This document shows, in pieces, positions 13,401-23,585 of a stretch of 53,538 bases of DNA. This DNA is from Nemertoderma westbladi (taxonomy: Eukaryota; Animalia; Xenacoelomorpha). The stretch is from the NCBI GenBank assembly GCA_032718475.1, contig JAUCBJ010000457.1, forward strand, positions 1-53,538, given 5' to 3'. The notes under the pieces are model-generated. The model worked only from the letters and a program-made list of their open reading frames with translations. It was not told where the DNA came from and did no database searches. Within the stretch, counting starts at the first letter, position 1; every line of letters starts with the position of its first letter. The translations under genes and the position numbers were made by a program.

Positions 13401-16400
13401 TAAAACAATCGTTAGTGTGCACCTCCATGTGTTTCTAAAAGGAATAAAAACAATCGTTAGTGTACACCTCCATGTGTTTCTAAAAGGAATAAAAGCAATC
13501 GTTAGTGTGCACCGCACCTCCATGTGTTTCTAAAAGGAATAAAAACAATCGTTAGTGTACACCTCCATGGGTTTCTAAAAGGAATAAAAACAATCGTTAG
13601 TGTACACCTCCATGTGTTTCTAAAAGGAATAAAAACAATCGTCAGTGTACACCTCCATGTGTTTCTAAAAGGAATAAAAACAATATTGCTAATGTACAGT
13701 ACACCTCCATGTGTTTCTAAAAGGAATAAAAACAATCGTTAGTGTACACCTCCATGTGTTTCTAAAAGAAATAAAAACTTAGTGTACACCTCCATGAGTG
13801 TTTCTAAAAGGAATAAAACAATCGTTAGTGTACACCTCCATGTGTTTCTAAAAGGAATAAAAACAATCGTTAGTGTGCACCTCCATGTGTTTCTAAAAGG
13901 AATAAAAACAATCGTCAGTGTACACCTCCATGTGTTTCTAAAAGGAATAAAAACAATCGTTAGTGTACACCTCCATGGGTTTCTAAAAGGAATAAAAACA
14001 ATCGTTAGTGTACACCTCCATGTGTTTCTAATTGGAATAAAAACAATCGTTAGTGTACACCTCCATGGGTTTCTAAAAGGAATAAAAACAATCGTTAGTG
14101 TACACCACCATGTTTTCTAAAAGGAATAAAAACAATCGTTAGTGTACACCTCCATGAGTGTTTCTAAAAGGAATAAAACAATCGTTAGTGTACACCTCCA
14201 TGTGTTTCTAAAAGGAATAAAAACAATCGTTAGTGTACACCTCCATGTGTTTCTAAAAGGAATAAAAACAATCGTCAGTGTACACCTCCATGTGTTTCTA
14301 AAAGGAATAAAAACAATCGTTAGTGTACACCTCCATGAGTGTTTCTAAAAGGAATAAAACAATCGTTAGCGTACACCTCCATGGGTTTCTAAAAGGAATA
14401 AAAACAATCGTTAGTGTACACCTCCATGTGTTTCTAAAAGGAATAAAAACAATCGTCAGTGTACACCTCCATGTGTTTCTAAAAAAGAAATAAAAACAAT
14501 CGTTAGTGTACACAACCATGTGTTTCTAAAAAAAGAAATAAAAACAATCGTTAGTGTACACCACCATGTTTTCTAAAAGGAATAAAAACAATCGTTAGTG
14601 TACACCTCCATGAGTGTTTCTAAAAGGAATAAAAACAATCGTTAGTGTACACCTCCATGGGTTTCTAAAATGAATAAAAACAATCGTTAGTGTACACCTC
14701 CATGTGTTTCTAAAAGGAATAAAAACAATCGTTAGTGTACACCTCCATGTGTTTCTAAAAGGAATAAAAACAATCGTTAGTGTACACCTCCATGTGTTTC
14801 TAAAAGGAATAAAACAATGGCTAATGTACACCTCCATGTGTTTCTAAAAGGAATAAAAACAATGACTATAATGTACACATCGATGTGTTTCTAAAAGGAA
14901 TAAAAACAATATTGCTAATGTACAGTACACCTCCATTTGTTTCTAAAAGAAATAAGAACAATCGTTAGTGTACACCACCATGTGTCTCTAAAAGGAATAC
15001 AAACAATCGTTAGTGTACACCTCCATGTGTTTCTAAAAGGAATAAAAACAATCGTTAGTGTGCACCTCCATGTGTTTCTAAAAGGAATAAAAACAATATT
15101 GCTAATGTACAGTACACCTCCATGTGTTTCTAAAAGAAATAAAAACAATCGTTAGTGTACACCTCCATGGTGTTTCTAAGAGGAATAAAACAATCGTTAG
15201 TGTACACCCCCATGTGTTTCTAAAAGGAATAAAAACAATGGCTAATGTACACATCGATGTGTTTCTAAAAGGAATAAAAACAATGGCTAATGTACACCAC
15301 CATGTGTTTCTAAAAGGAATAAAAACAATCGTTAGTGTACACCTCCATGTGTTTCTAGAAGGAATAAAAACAATGGCTAATGTACACCACCCCACCATGT
15401 GTTTCTAAAAGGAATAAAAACAATGGCTAATGTACACCACCATGTGTCTCTAAAAGGAATAAAAACAATCGTTAGTGTACACCTCCATGTGTTTTTAAAA
15501 GGAATAAAAACAATGGCTAATGTACACCACCATGTGTCTCTAAAAGGAATAAAAACAATCGTTAGTGTACACCTCCATGTGTTTTTAAAAGGAATAAAAA
15601 CAATGGCTAATGTACACCACCATGTGTCTCTAAAAGGAATAAAAACAATCGTTAGTGTACACCTCCATGGTGTTTCTAAGAGGAATAAAACAATCGTTAG
15701 TGTACACCCCCATGTGTTTCTAAAAGGAATAAAAACAATGGCTAATGTACACATCGATGTGTTTCTAAAAGGAATAAAAACAATGGCTAATACACCTCCA
15801 TGTGTTTCTAAAAGGAATAAAAACAATCGTTAGTGTACACCTCCATGTGTTTCTAGAAGGAATAAAAACAATGGCTAATGTACACCACCCCACCATGTGT
15901 TTCTAAAAGGAATAAAAACAATGGCTAATGTACACCACCATGTGTCTCTAAAAGGAATAAAAACAATCGTTAGTGTACACCTCCATGGTGTTTCTAAGAG
16001 GAATAAAACAATCGTTAGTGTACACCCCCATGTGTTTCTAAAAGGAATAAAAACAATGGCTAATGTACACATCGATGTGTTTCTAAAAGGAATAAAAACA
16101 ATGGCTAATACACCTCCATGTGTTTCTAAAAGGAATAAAAACAATCGTTAGTGTACACCTCCATGTGTTTCTAGAAGGAATAAAAACAATGGCTAATGTA
16201 CACCACCCCACCATGTGTTTCTAAAAGGAATAAAAACAATGGCTAATGTACACCACCATGTGTCTCTAAAAGGAATAAAAACAATCGTTAGTGTACACCT
16301 CCATGTGTTTTTAAAAGGAATAAAAACAATGGCTAATGTACACCACCATGTGTCTCTAAAAGGAATAAAAACAATCGTTAGTGTACACCTCCATGTGTTT

Positions 16401-19400
16401 CTAAAAGGAATAAAAACAATCGTTAGTGTACACCTCCATGTGTTTCTAGAAGGAATAAAAACAATGGCTAATGTACACCACCCCACCATGTGTTTCTAAA
16501 AGGAATAAAAACAATGGCTAATGTACACCACCATGTGTCTCTAAAAGGAATAAAAACAATCGTTAGTGTACACCTCCATGTGTTTTTAAAAGGAATAAAA
16601 ACAATGGCTAATGTACACCTCCATGTGTTTCTAAAAGGAATAAAAACAATGACTAATGTACATCTCCATGTGTTTCTAAAAGGAATAAAAACAATGGCTA
16701 ATGTACAACTCCATGTGTTTCTAAAAGGAATAAAAACAATGGCTAATATACACCTCCACCTCCATGAGTTTCTAAAAGGAATAAAAACAATGGCTAATAT
16801 ACACCTCAATGTGTTTCTAAAAGGAATAAAAACAATGGCTCATGTACACCTCCATGTGTTTCTAAAAGGAATAAAAACAATGGCTAATATACACCTCCAC
16901 CTCCATGTGTTTCTAAAAGGAATAAAAACAATGGCTAATGTACACCTCCATGTGTTTCTAAAAGGAATAAAAACAATGGCTAATATACACCTCCACCTCC
17001 ATGTGTTTCTAAAAGGAATAAAAACAATGGCTAATGTACACCTCCATGTGTTTCTAAAAGGAATAAAGACAATGGCTAATATACACCTCCACCTCCATGT
17101 GTTTCTAAAAGGAATAAAAACAATGGCTAATGTACACCCCAATGTGTTTCTAAAAGGAATAAAAACAATGGCTCATGTACACCTCCATGTGTTTCTAAAA
17201 GGAATAAAAACAATGGCTAATATACACCTCCACCTCCATGTGTTTCTAAAAGGAATACAAACAATCGTTAGTGTACACCTCCATGTGTTTCTAAAACGAA
17301 TAAAAACAATCGTTAGTGTACACCTCCATGGTGTTTCTAAGAGGAATAAAACAATCGTTAGTGTACACCCCCATGTGTTTCTAAAAGGAATAAAAACAAT
17401 GGCTAATGTACACATCGATGTGTTTCTAAAAGGAATAAAAACAATGGCTAATACACCTCCATGTGTTTCTAAAAGGAATAAAAACAATCGTTAGTGTACA
17501 CCTCCATGTGTTTCTAGAAGGAATAAAAACAATGGCTAATGTACACCACCCCACCATGTGTTTCTAAAAGGAATAAAAACAATGGCTAATGTACACCACC
17601 ATGTGTCTCTAAAAGGAATAAAAACAATCGTTAGTGTACACCTCCATGTGTTTTTAAAAGGAATAAAAACAATGGCTAATGTACACCACCATGTGTCTCT
17701 AAAAGGAATAAAAACAATCGTTAGTGTACACCTCCATGGTGTTTCTAAGAGGAATAAAACAATCGTTAGTGTACACCCCCATGTGTTTCTAAAAGGAATA
17801 AAAACAATGGCTAATGTACACATCGATGTGTTTCTAAAAGGAATAAAAACAATGGCTAATACACCTCCATGTGTTTCTAAAAGGAATAAAAACAATCGTT
17901 AGTGTACACCTCCATGTGTTTCTAGAAGGAATAAAAACAATGGCTAATGTACACCACCCCACCATGTGTTTCTAAAAGGAATAAAAACAATGGCTAATGT
18001 ACACCACCATGTGTCTCTAAAAGGAATAAAAACAATCGTTAGTGTACACCTCCATGTGTTTTTAAAAGGAATAAAAACAATGGCTAATGTACACCACCAT
18101 GTGTCTCTAAAAGGAATAAAAACAATCGTTAGTGTACACCTCCATGTGTTTCTAAAAGGAATAAAAACAATGACTAATGTACATCTCCATGTGTTTCTAA
18201 AAGGAATAAAAACAATGGCTAATGTACATCTCCATGTGTTTCTAAAAGGAATAAAAACAATGGCTAATGTACACCACCATGTGTCTCTAAAAGGAATAAA
18301 AACAATCGTTAGTGTACACCTCCATGTGTTTTTAAAAGGAATAAAAACAATGGCTAATGTACACCACCATGTGTCTCTAAAAGGAATAAAAACAATCGTT
18401 AGTGTACACCTCCATGGTGTTTCTAAGAGGAATAAAACAATCGTTAGTGTACTGTACACCCCCATGTGTTTCTAAAAGGAATAAAAACAATGGCTAATGT
18501 ACACATCGATGTGTTTCTAAAAGGAATAAAAACAATGGCTAATACACCTCCATGTGTTTCTAAAAGGAATAAAAACAATCGTTAGTGTACACCTCCATGT
18601 GTTTCTAGAAGGAATAAAAACAATGGCTAATGTACACCACCCCACCATGTGTTTCTAAAAGGAATAAAAACAATGGCTAATGTACACCACCATGTGTCTC
18701 TAAAAGGAATAAAAACAATCGTTAGTGTACACCTCCATGTGTTTTTAAAAGGAATAAAAACAATGGCTAATGTACACCACCATGTGTCTCTAAAAGGAAT
18801 AAAAACAATCGTTAGTGTACACCTCCATGTGTTTCTAAAAGAAATAAAAACAATCGTTAGTGTACACCTCCATGTGTTTCTAAAAGGAATAAAAACAATG
18901 ACTAATGTACATCTCCATGTGTTTCTAAAAGGAATAAAAACAATGGCTAATATACACCTCCACCTCCATGAGTTTCTAAAAGGAATAAAAACAATGGCTA
19001 ATATACACCTCAATGTGTTTCTAAAAGGAATAAAAACAATGGCTCATGTACACCTCCATGTGTTTCTAAAAGGAATAAAAACAATGGCTAATATACACCT
19101 CCACCTCCATGAGTTTCTAAAAGGAATAAAAACAATGGCTAATATACACCTCAATGTGTTTCTAAAAGGAATAAAAACAATGGCTCATGTACACCTCCAT
19201 GTGTTTCTAAAAGGAATAAAAACAATGGCTAATATACACCTCCACCTCCATGTGTTTCTAAAAGGAATAAAAACAATGGCTAATGTACACCTCCATGTGT
19301 TTCTAAAAGGAATAAAAACAATGGCTAATATACACCTCCACCTCCATGTGTTTCTAAAAGGAATAAAAACAATGGCTCATGTACACCTCCATGTGTTTCT

Positions 19401-20284
19401 AAAAGGAATAAAAACAATGGCTAATATACACCTCCACCTCCATGTGTTTCTAAAAGGAATACAAACAATCGTTAGTGTACACCTCCATGTGTTTCTAAAA
19501 CGAATAAAAACAATGGCTAATGTACACCTCCATGTGTTTCTAAAAGGAATAAAAACAATGGCTAATGTACACCTCCATGTGTCTCTAAAAGGAATAAAAA
19601 CAATCGTAAGTGTACACCACCATGTGTTTCTAAAAGGAATAAAAACAATGGCTAATATACACCTCCACCTCCATGTGTTTCTAAAAGGAATAAAAACAAT
19701 GGCTAATGTACACCTCAATGTGTTTCTAAAAGGAATAAAAACAATGGCTCATGTACACCTCCATGTGTTTCTAAAAGGAATAAAAACAATGGCTAATATA
19801 CACCTCCACCTCCATGTGTTTCTAAAAGGAATACAAACAATCGTTAGTGTACACCTCCATGTGTTTCTAAAACGAATAAAAACAATGGCTAATGTACACC
19901 TCCATGTGTTTCTAAAAGGAATAAAAACAATGGCTAATGTACACCTCCATGTGTCTCTAAAAGGAATAAAAACAATCGTAAGTGTACACCACCATGTGTT
20001 TCTAAAAGGAATAAAAACAATGGCTCATGTACACCTCCATGTGTTTCTAAAAGGAATAAAAACAATGGCTAATATACACCTCCACCTCCATGTGTTTCTA
20101 AAAGGAATAAAAACAATGGCTAATATACACCTCTATGTGTTTCTTAACGGAATAAATACAACCGTTAGTGTACACCACCATGTGTTTCTAAAAGGAATAA
20201 AAACAATGGCTAATATACACCTCTATGTGTTTCTTAACGGAATAAATACAACCGTTAGTGTACGCCACCATGTGTTTCTAAAAA
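4402..20284 (-). repeat. 45-bp satellite, ~350 copies of the VPS52 intron-7 acceptor plus exon-8 start, with higher-order repeats
   Basis: Minus-strand unit TTTTTATTCCTTTTAG|AAACACATGGAGGTGTACACTAACGATTG; ~15.9 kb; the last copy runs into unique exon-8 sequence. Confidence 0.98.
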
Positions 20285-20573
20285 TCTAACACCACAATCC
20301 GTCCTTTCTGTTTGACCCCGGAACTAAAAGTAAGAAAATTAGTAAATTATGAATCAATAAGATAACGTTATATTATTAGAATAAAACGAATCAAAGTCCA
20401 AAGTCTATTATGAATTGGCATTGTTTTATAATTTAAGGTTGATCTATAAAATTAAATTATTAATTAAAATGATTTCAAAATAATTATCAGTTGGCCAAAA
20501 CTTAAAAACAAAACGTTAAAGATTTAATAAATTTGTTCGCATAAGGAAATTTATCCAAGAGAGAGAGAATAAT

Positions 20574-21041
20574 ATGGAGGGGAATTTCGATGAGTCAACA
20601 GAAAGTAAAAGTTGCGTCAAAAACAAAAGACAACCAAGTGAATCCTATAGACTGTCTGGTAGAGCAAAGTTATCTATCTTCGGGGGTTTTATAATCCACA
20701 CAACCTTGGGAGTCATCTACACATTCGGTAACATCAGCCCCTATATGGTTTCCTACATGAGAGCACGAACTTATTCGAAGTTACTTAACGATGAAACCAT
20801 GGTTTGGTCTTCCGGTTTAACCTCAATAGCGTACAGCATCGGGTGTCCGCTAGGGGGCGTTATGGCGTCCCGTTGGGGGAGCCGTGCGCCCGTGGCTCTT
20901 GGCTCCGTTATTATGAGTCTATCTCTGTCCGCCACGTATCTCACCATCCAACACGGAGTCGCCCCGACGCTGTTAACTTACGGTTTCCTCGCGGGTATCG
21001 GTTCCGGGATCATGTACGTGCCGCCATTCGTGATGGCCCAG
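20574..21041 (+). CDS. Nested MFS transporter (oxalate:formate antiporter / monocarboxylate-like), exon 1
   Basis: GGFIIHTTLGVIYTFGNISPYMVSYM, GGVMASRWGSR and YGFLAGIGSGIMY are typical of N-half MFS helices; 156 codons ending CAG|GT. Confidence 0.88.
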
Positions 21042-21044
21042 GTC

Positions 21045-21371
21045 ACCTGTCCCCAATCCTTACACTACTAGAAATAAAGTTAAGTAAATGGTTATTCGGA
21101 TTGGTTAATGAGCTCTACGTTGATTGGATGCTGAAATCGTATAAATAATATTGGGACGGTAGAACTAACAGTAGGGCGTGCTTTCACACCGTTGGCATAA
21201 AAAATACTCCAAAAGCTGTAAAGTCAAAGCCGCGGTGCATTTGAAATACCGACAGTGCAGGTTTTTTTAGACTTTGTAAGGAAAGTAAGTGAGGTACAGC
21301 CCAACAACCAATTCCAGACTCAGATTCAATAGCTGTGTTTCTAGTATATAGAGTAAGGATTGGGAATATGC
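21045..21371. mobile_element. Introner-like TIR element forming MFS intron 1 (intron 21042-21377)
   Basis: 9-bp direct repeat GCCCAGGTC at 21036-21044 and 21372-21380; ~37-41-bp imperfect inverted repeats immediately inside (CCCAATCCTTACACTACTAGAAA / TTTCTAGTATATAGAGTAAGGATTGGG). Confidence 0.85.
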
Positions 21372-21377
21372 GCCCAG

Positions 21378-21608
21378 GTCTGGATGAGTCGACGCAAGGG
21401 ATTGGCCAGCGGGTTGGTGCTGAGCGGGTTCGGAGTCGGTGGGTTCGTATTCGACCAGATCCAGACGTACTTCGTGAACCCGGGGAATCTGTCGCCCGAT
21501 CTCCGGGATCCGGTGGATCCCGGTTCGGTTTACTTCGGACAGCCAGAGATCCTCGACCGAGTTCCCTACTGCTTTCTACTCTTAGGCGGATGTTACGCAG
21601 TGTTACAG
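21378..21608 (+). CDS. Nested MFS transporter, exon 2
   Basis: VWMSRRKGLASGLVLSGFGVGGFVFDQIQTYFVNP...DRVPYCFLLLGGCYAVLQ; the RKGLASG...GFG motif fits the family; 77 codons. The 3' boundary depends on a non-canonical donor. Confidence 0.85.
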
Positions 21609-21958
21609 GGCCGTTACTGAATGTTAACGATGTTACCGAACACAAAGCGAATGTTGCCAAGTCAAAAAATAATAGGTTGCTTTGCTACTAAAAACAAACA
21701 TTTTAAGAAAAAATTTACAAACATCTAATGTAAACAAACAGGAGTTTGAGTTAACAAAACAATTATCTGTTTGGCTATGAAACAAACCATCACTAGCATT
21801 CCCATCGTCTCACTATGTTGTTTTTTGTTATGAAAATTACACATTACTTTGAAATAAATATGTAACCTTTTATCCTTTTGAATCATCACAACTGGCACTC
21901 AATTAATTCGCGTCGGTTAGGTGTCCCTCGTTATCAATCAGTAAACGCGAATAATCAG
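21609..21958 (+). other. MFS intron 2 with terminal inverted repeats and probable non-canonical GG donor
   Basis: Joining LQ|IIGICL requires CAG|GGCCGT...AATCAG|ATA; arms ~21611-21652 and ~21906-21950 are imperfectly reverse-complementary (CGTTACTGAATGTTAACGA / TCGTTATCAATCAGTAAACG). Confidence 0.65.
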
Positions 21959-22675
21959 ATAATCGGTATCTGTTTAATAAAAGATCGATACCCGATATCG
22001 AAAAGTGATGAGACAACGAGATTAATCGAAAACCACGACGATATTAAACCGAAAGCCATGTTAAAAACATCCTTCTTCTACCAAACCTACTATATCAGCA
22101 TGATGTTCCATCTAGTCAGCGGCTTCCTTAACTCGTTGTACAAAACTTACGGAGAGACTTTCGTCCGGGACGACCACTTCTTGGCGATCATGGGATCCGC
22201 TAGTTGTGCGGCAAACTGTCTCGGGCGGATTACTTTCGGACACATCGGCGACAAGTTTGGTATGAAATCGACCCTGGTGTCCCTCCTAGCGGCCTACTCC
22301 GTCTTCTCTACCACGATGTATTTGACCCCGTATGGCGGCCGGTGGATGCTCCTCGTATGGGTTTGGGTCACCTCGCTGACTATGACCGGAATGACCGCCA
22401 TACTGCCGCCCATGATAACGGCCCAATACGGGTCCGCCCACGCTAATATCAACTACAGTCTGGTTTGTAACGCGGTTCTGCTCTCTGGGATTCTGTCTCC
22501 CTTGTTGTCCACCACAATCCAGCTACATCTGGGGTGGCCGCCCTCGTTTATCACGTGCGGAGCCTTACTCGCAATATGCATGCCCGTTGCCATGGCAATG
22601 AGATACAGAGGCGACGTCATACCATCACCATTGGTTATAAATACTATTCCAGAAACCGATATAGAGCCCATATAG
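21959..22675 (+). CDS. Nested MFS transporter, exon 3 (spliced protein ~471 aa)
   Basis: KPKAMLKTSFFY, YKTYGETFVRDDHFLAIMGS, GRITFGHIGDKFG (MFS motif A-like), YGSAHANINYS; TAG stop at 22675. Confidence 0.9.
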   Translation: MIGICLIKDRYPISKSDETTRLIENHDDIKPKAMLKTSFFYQTYYISMMFHLVSGFLNSLYKTYGETFVRDDHFLAIMGSASCAANCLGRITFGHIGDKFGMKSTLVSLLAAYSVFSTTMYLTPYGGRWMLLVWVWVTSLTMTGMTAILPPMITAQYGSAHANINYSLVCNAVLLSGILSPLLSTTIQLHLGWPPSFITCGALLAICMPVAMAMRYRGDVIPSPLVINTIPETDIEPI

Positions 22676-22701
22676 ACAGCGGGATGACGCATTGTGCAAT
22701 C

Positions 22702-22707
22702 AATAAA
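22702..22707 (+). terminator. Putative polyadenylation signal of the nested MFS gene
   Basis: AATAAA 27 nt after the stop codon. Confidence 0.5.
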
Positions 22708-22741
22708 CGTATTAATGGACCCTATTAATGGTACAACAGGT

Positions 22742-23047
22742 ACTTAAATTATAACTTTTGTTGGGCACAGCTTTCAATGTTGGCAATGACGTCCAGGTGG
22801 GATCGAACTTGTGACATCCGAGTTGGAAGTCTGACGCTCTAACCATTCAGCTAGCGGCTCAGGTAAAATATAGACCTGGACATACTATCTGATACCTTGT
22901 ATGTCCGCAATTTACCTCCTTATGGCCTCCCATCTGCCAACACCATCATCTCCTGCAACTGTGCTCAACCCTACAGTACTTGGCCGTCTTGGTGGGATCA
23001 CAATGCCGACTTTGCCAAGCTGTGCCAAACAAAGTTATAATAAAAGT
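22742..23047. mobile_element. ~306-bp fold-back/MITE-like element
   Basis: ~50-bp imperfect inverted ends (ACTTAAATTATAACTTTTGTTGGGCACAGCTT... / ...AAGCTGTGCCAAACAAAGTTATAATAAAAGT); no clean TSD. Confidence 0.6.
22791..22860 (-). pseudogene. tRNA-derived sequence (tRNA-Gly(TCC)-like SINE head or pseudo-tRNA)
   Basis: GAGCCGCTAGCTGAATGGTTAGAGCGTCAGACTTCCAACTCGGATGTCACAAGTTCGATCC: A box, CT-TCC-AA loop and B box present; the acceptor stem does not pair. Confidence 0.65.
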
Positions 23048-23213
23048 TAAACAATCTATTGGATTAGTTTTTTGTGGGGGCGGTGGGATATTGATCTATG
23101 GATTGTCTAGATAAATCCTAACGAAGTAACAACCGAACTATAGGCACAGCTAAATGGTAGATTGTCATTAAAACCCAAAAAAATATTTAATCCACTCAAC
23201 ATAATATACTTAC

Positions 23214-23369
23214 AATGAGCATGGTTAGGGTCTTCCCCATAACAGCGTTGAATAGATCCTGGGCTCCCTTCCCGTGAACGAGGAAGAAGTCCGAGAGAAA
23301 GAGATACTCGCGGCAAGAGTTGTCGAGGAGAGCGTAATGTTGGCTGCGGAATAGTTGTTCCAACGTGTA
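23214..23369 (-). CDS. VPS52: VPS52 coding exon 7
   Basis: CCTTTTAG acceptor; YTLEQLFRSQHYALLDNSCREYLFLSDFFLVHGKGAQDLFNAVMGKTLTMLI (conserved FRSQHYALLDNSCREYLF motif); GTAAGT donor; 156 nt. Confidence 0.96.
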
Positions 23370-23585
23370 CTAAAAGGATGAGAAATTCTATTGTCTTTAT
23401 TTACGATGGTACGACATAACGATGGTCAGAAACCGACTAAACTCAAGTACCTTACTTAATTTCAGATTACACTAACGGTCATTATTGAAAAACACAATTT
23501 GATAGTTGTAAGCTAATGATTTAAGCAATAAATTATTGATTGATACGGATGCAGTCGTAGAATGTAATTACAAAGAAACATATGA

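Noticed and set aside
4388-20289. Dozens of long His-rich ORFs (VFLKGIKTIVSVHLH)n and their antisense equivalents
   Set aside because: They are translations of a 45-bp (15-codon) satellite, broken by frequent indels; the only frame with real homology is the VPS52 exon-8 start.
20804-22728. Alternative-frame and antisense ORFs overlapping the MFS gene
   Set aside because: Shadow ORFs of GC-rich coding sequence with no recognisable family features.
22791-22860. Functional tRNA-Gly gene
   Set aside because: Acceptor and T stems do not pair properly; treated as a SINE head or pseudogene.
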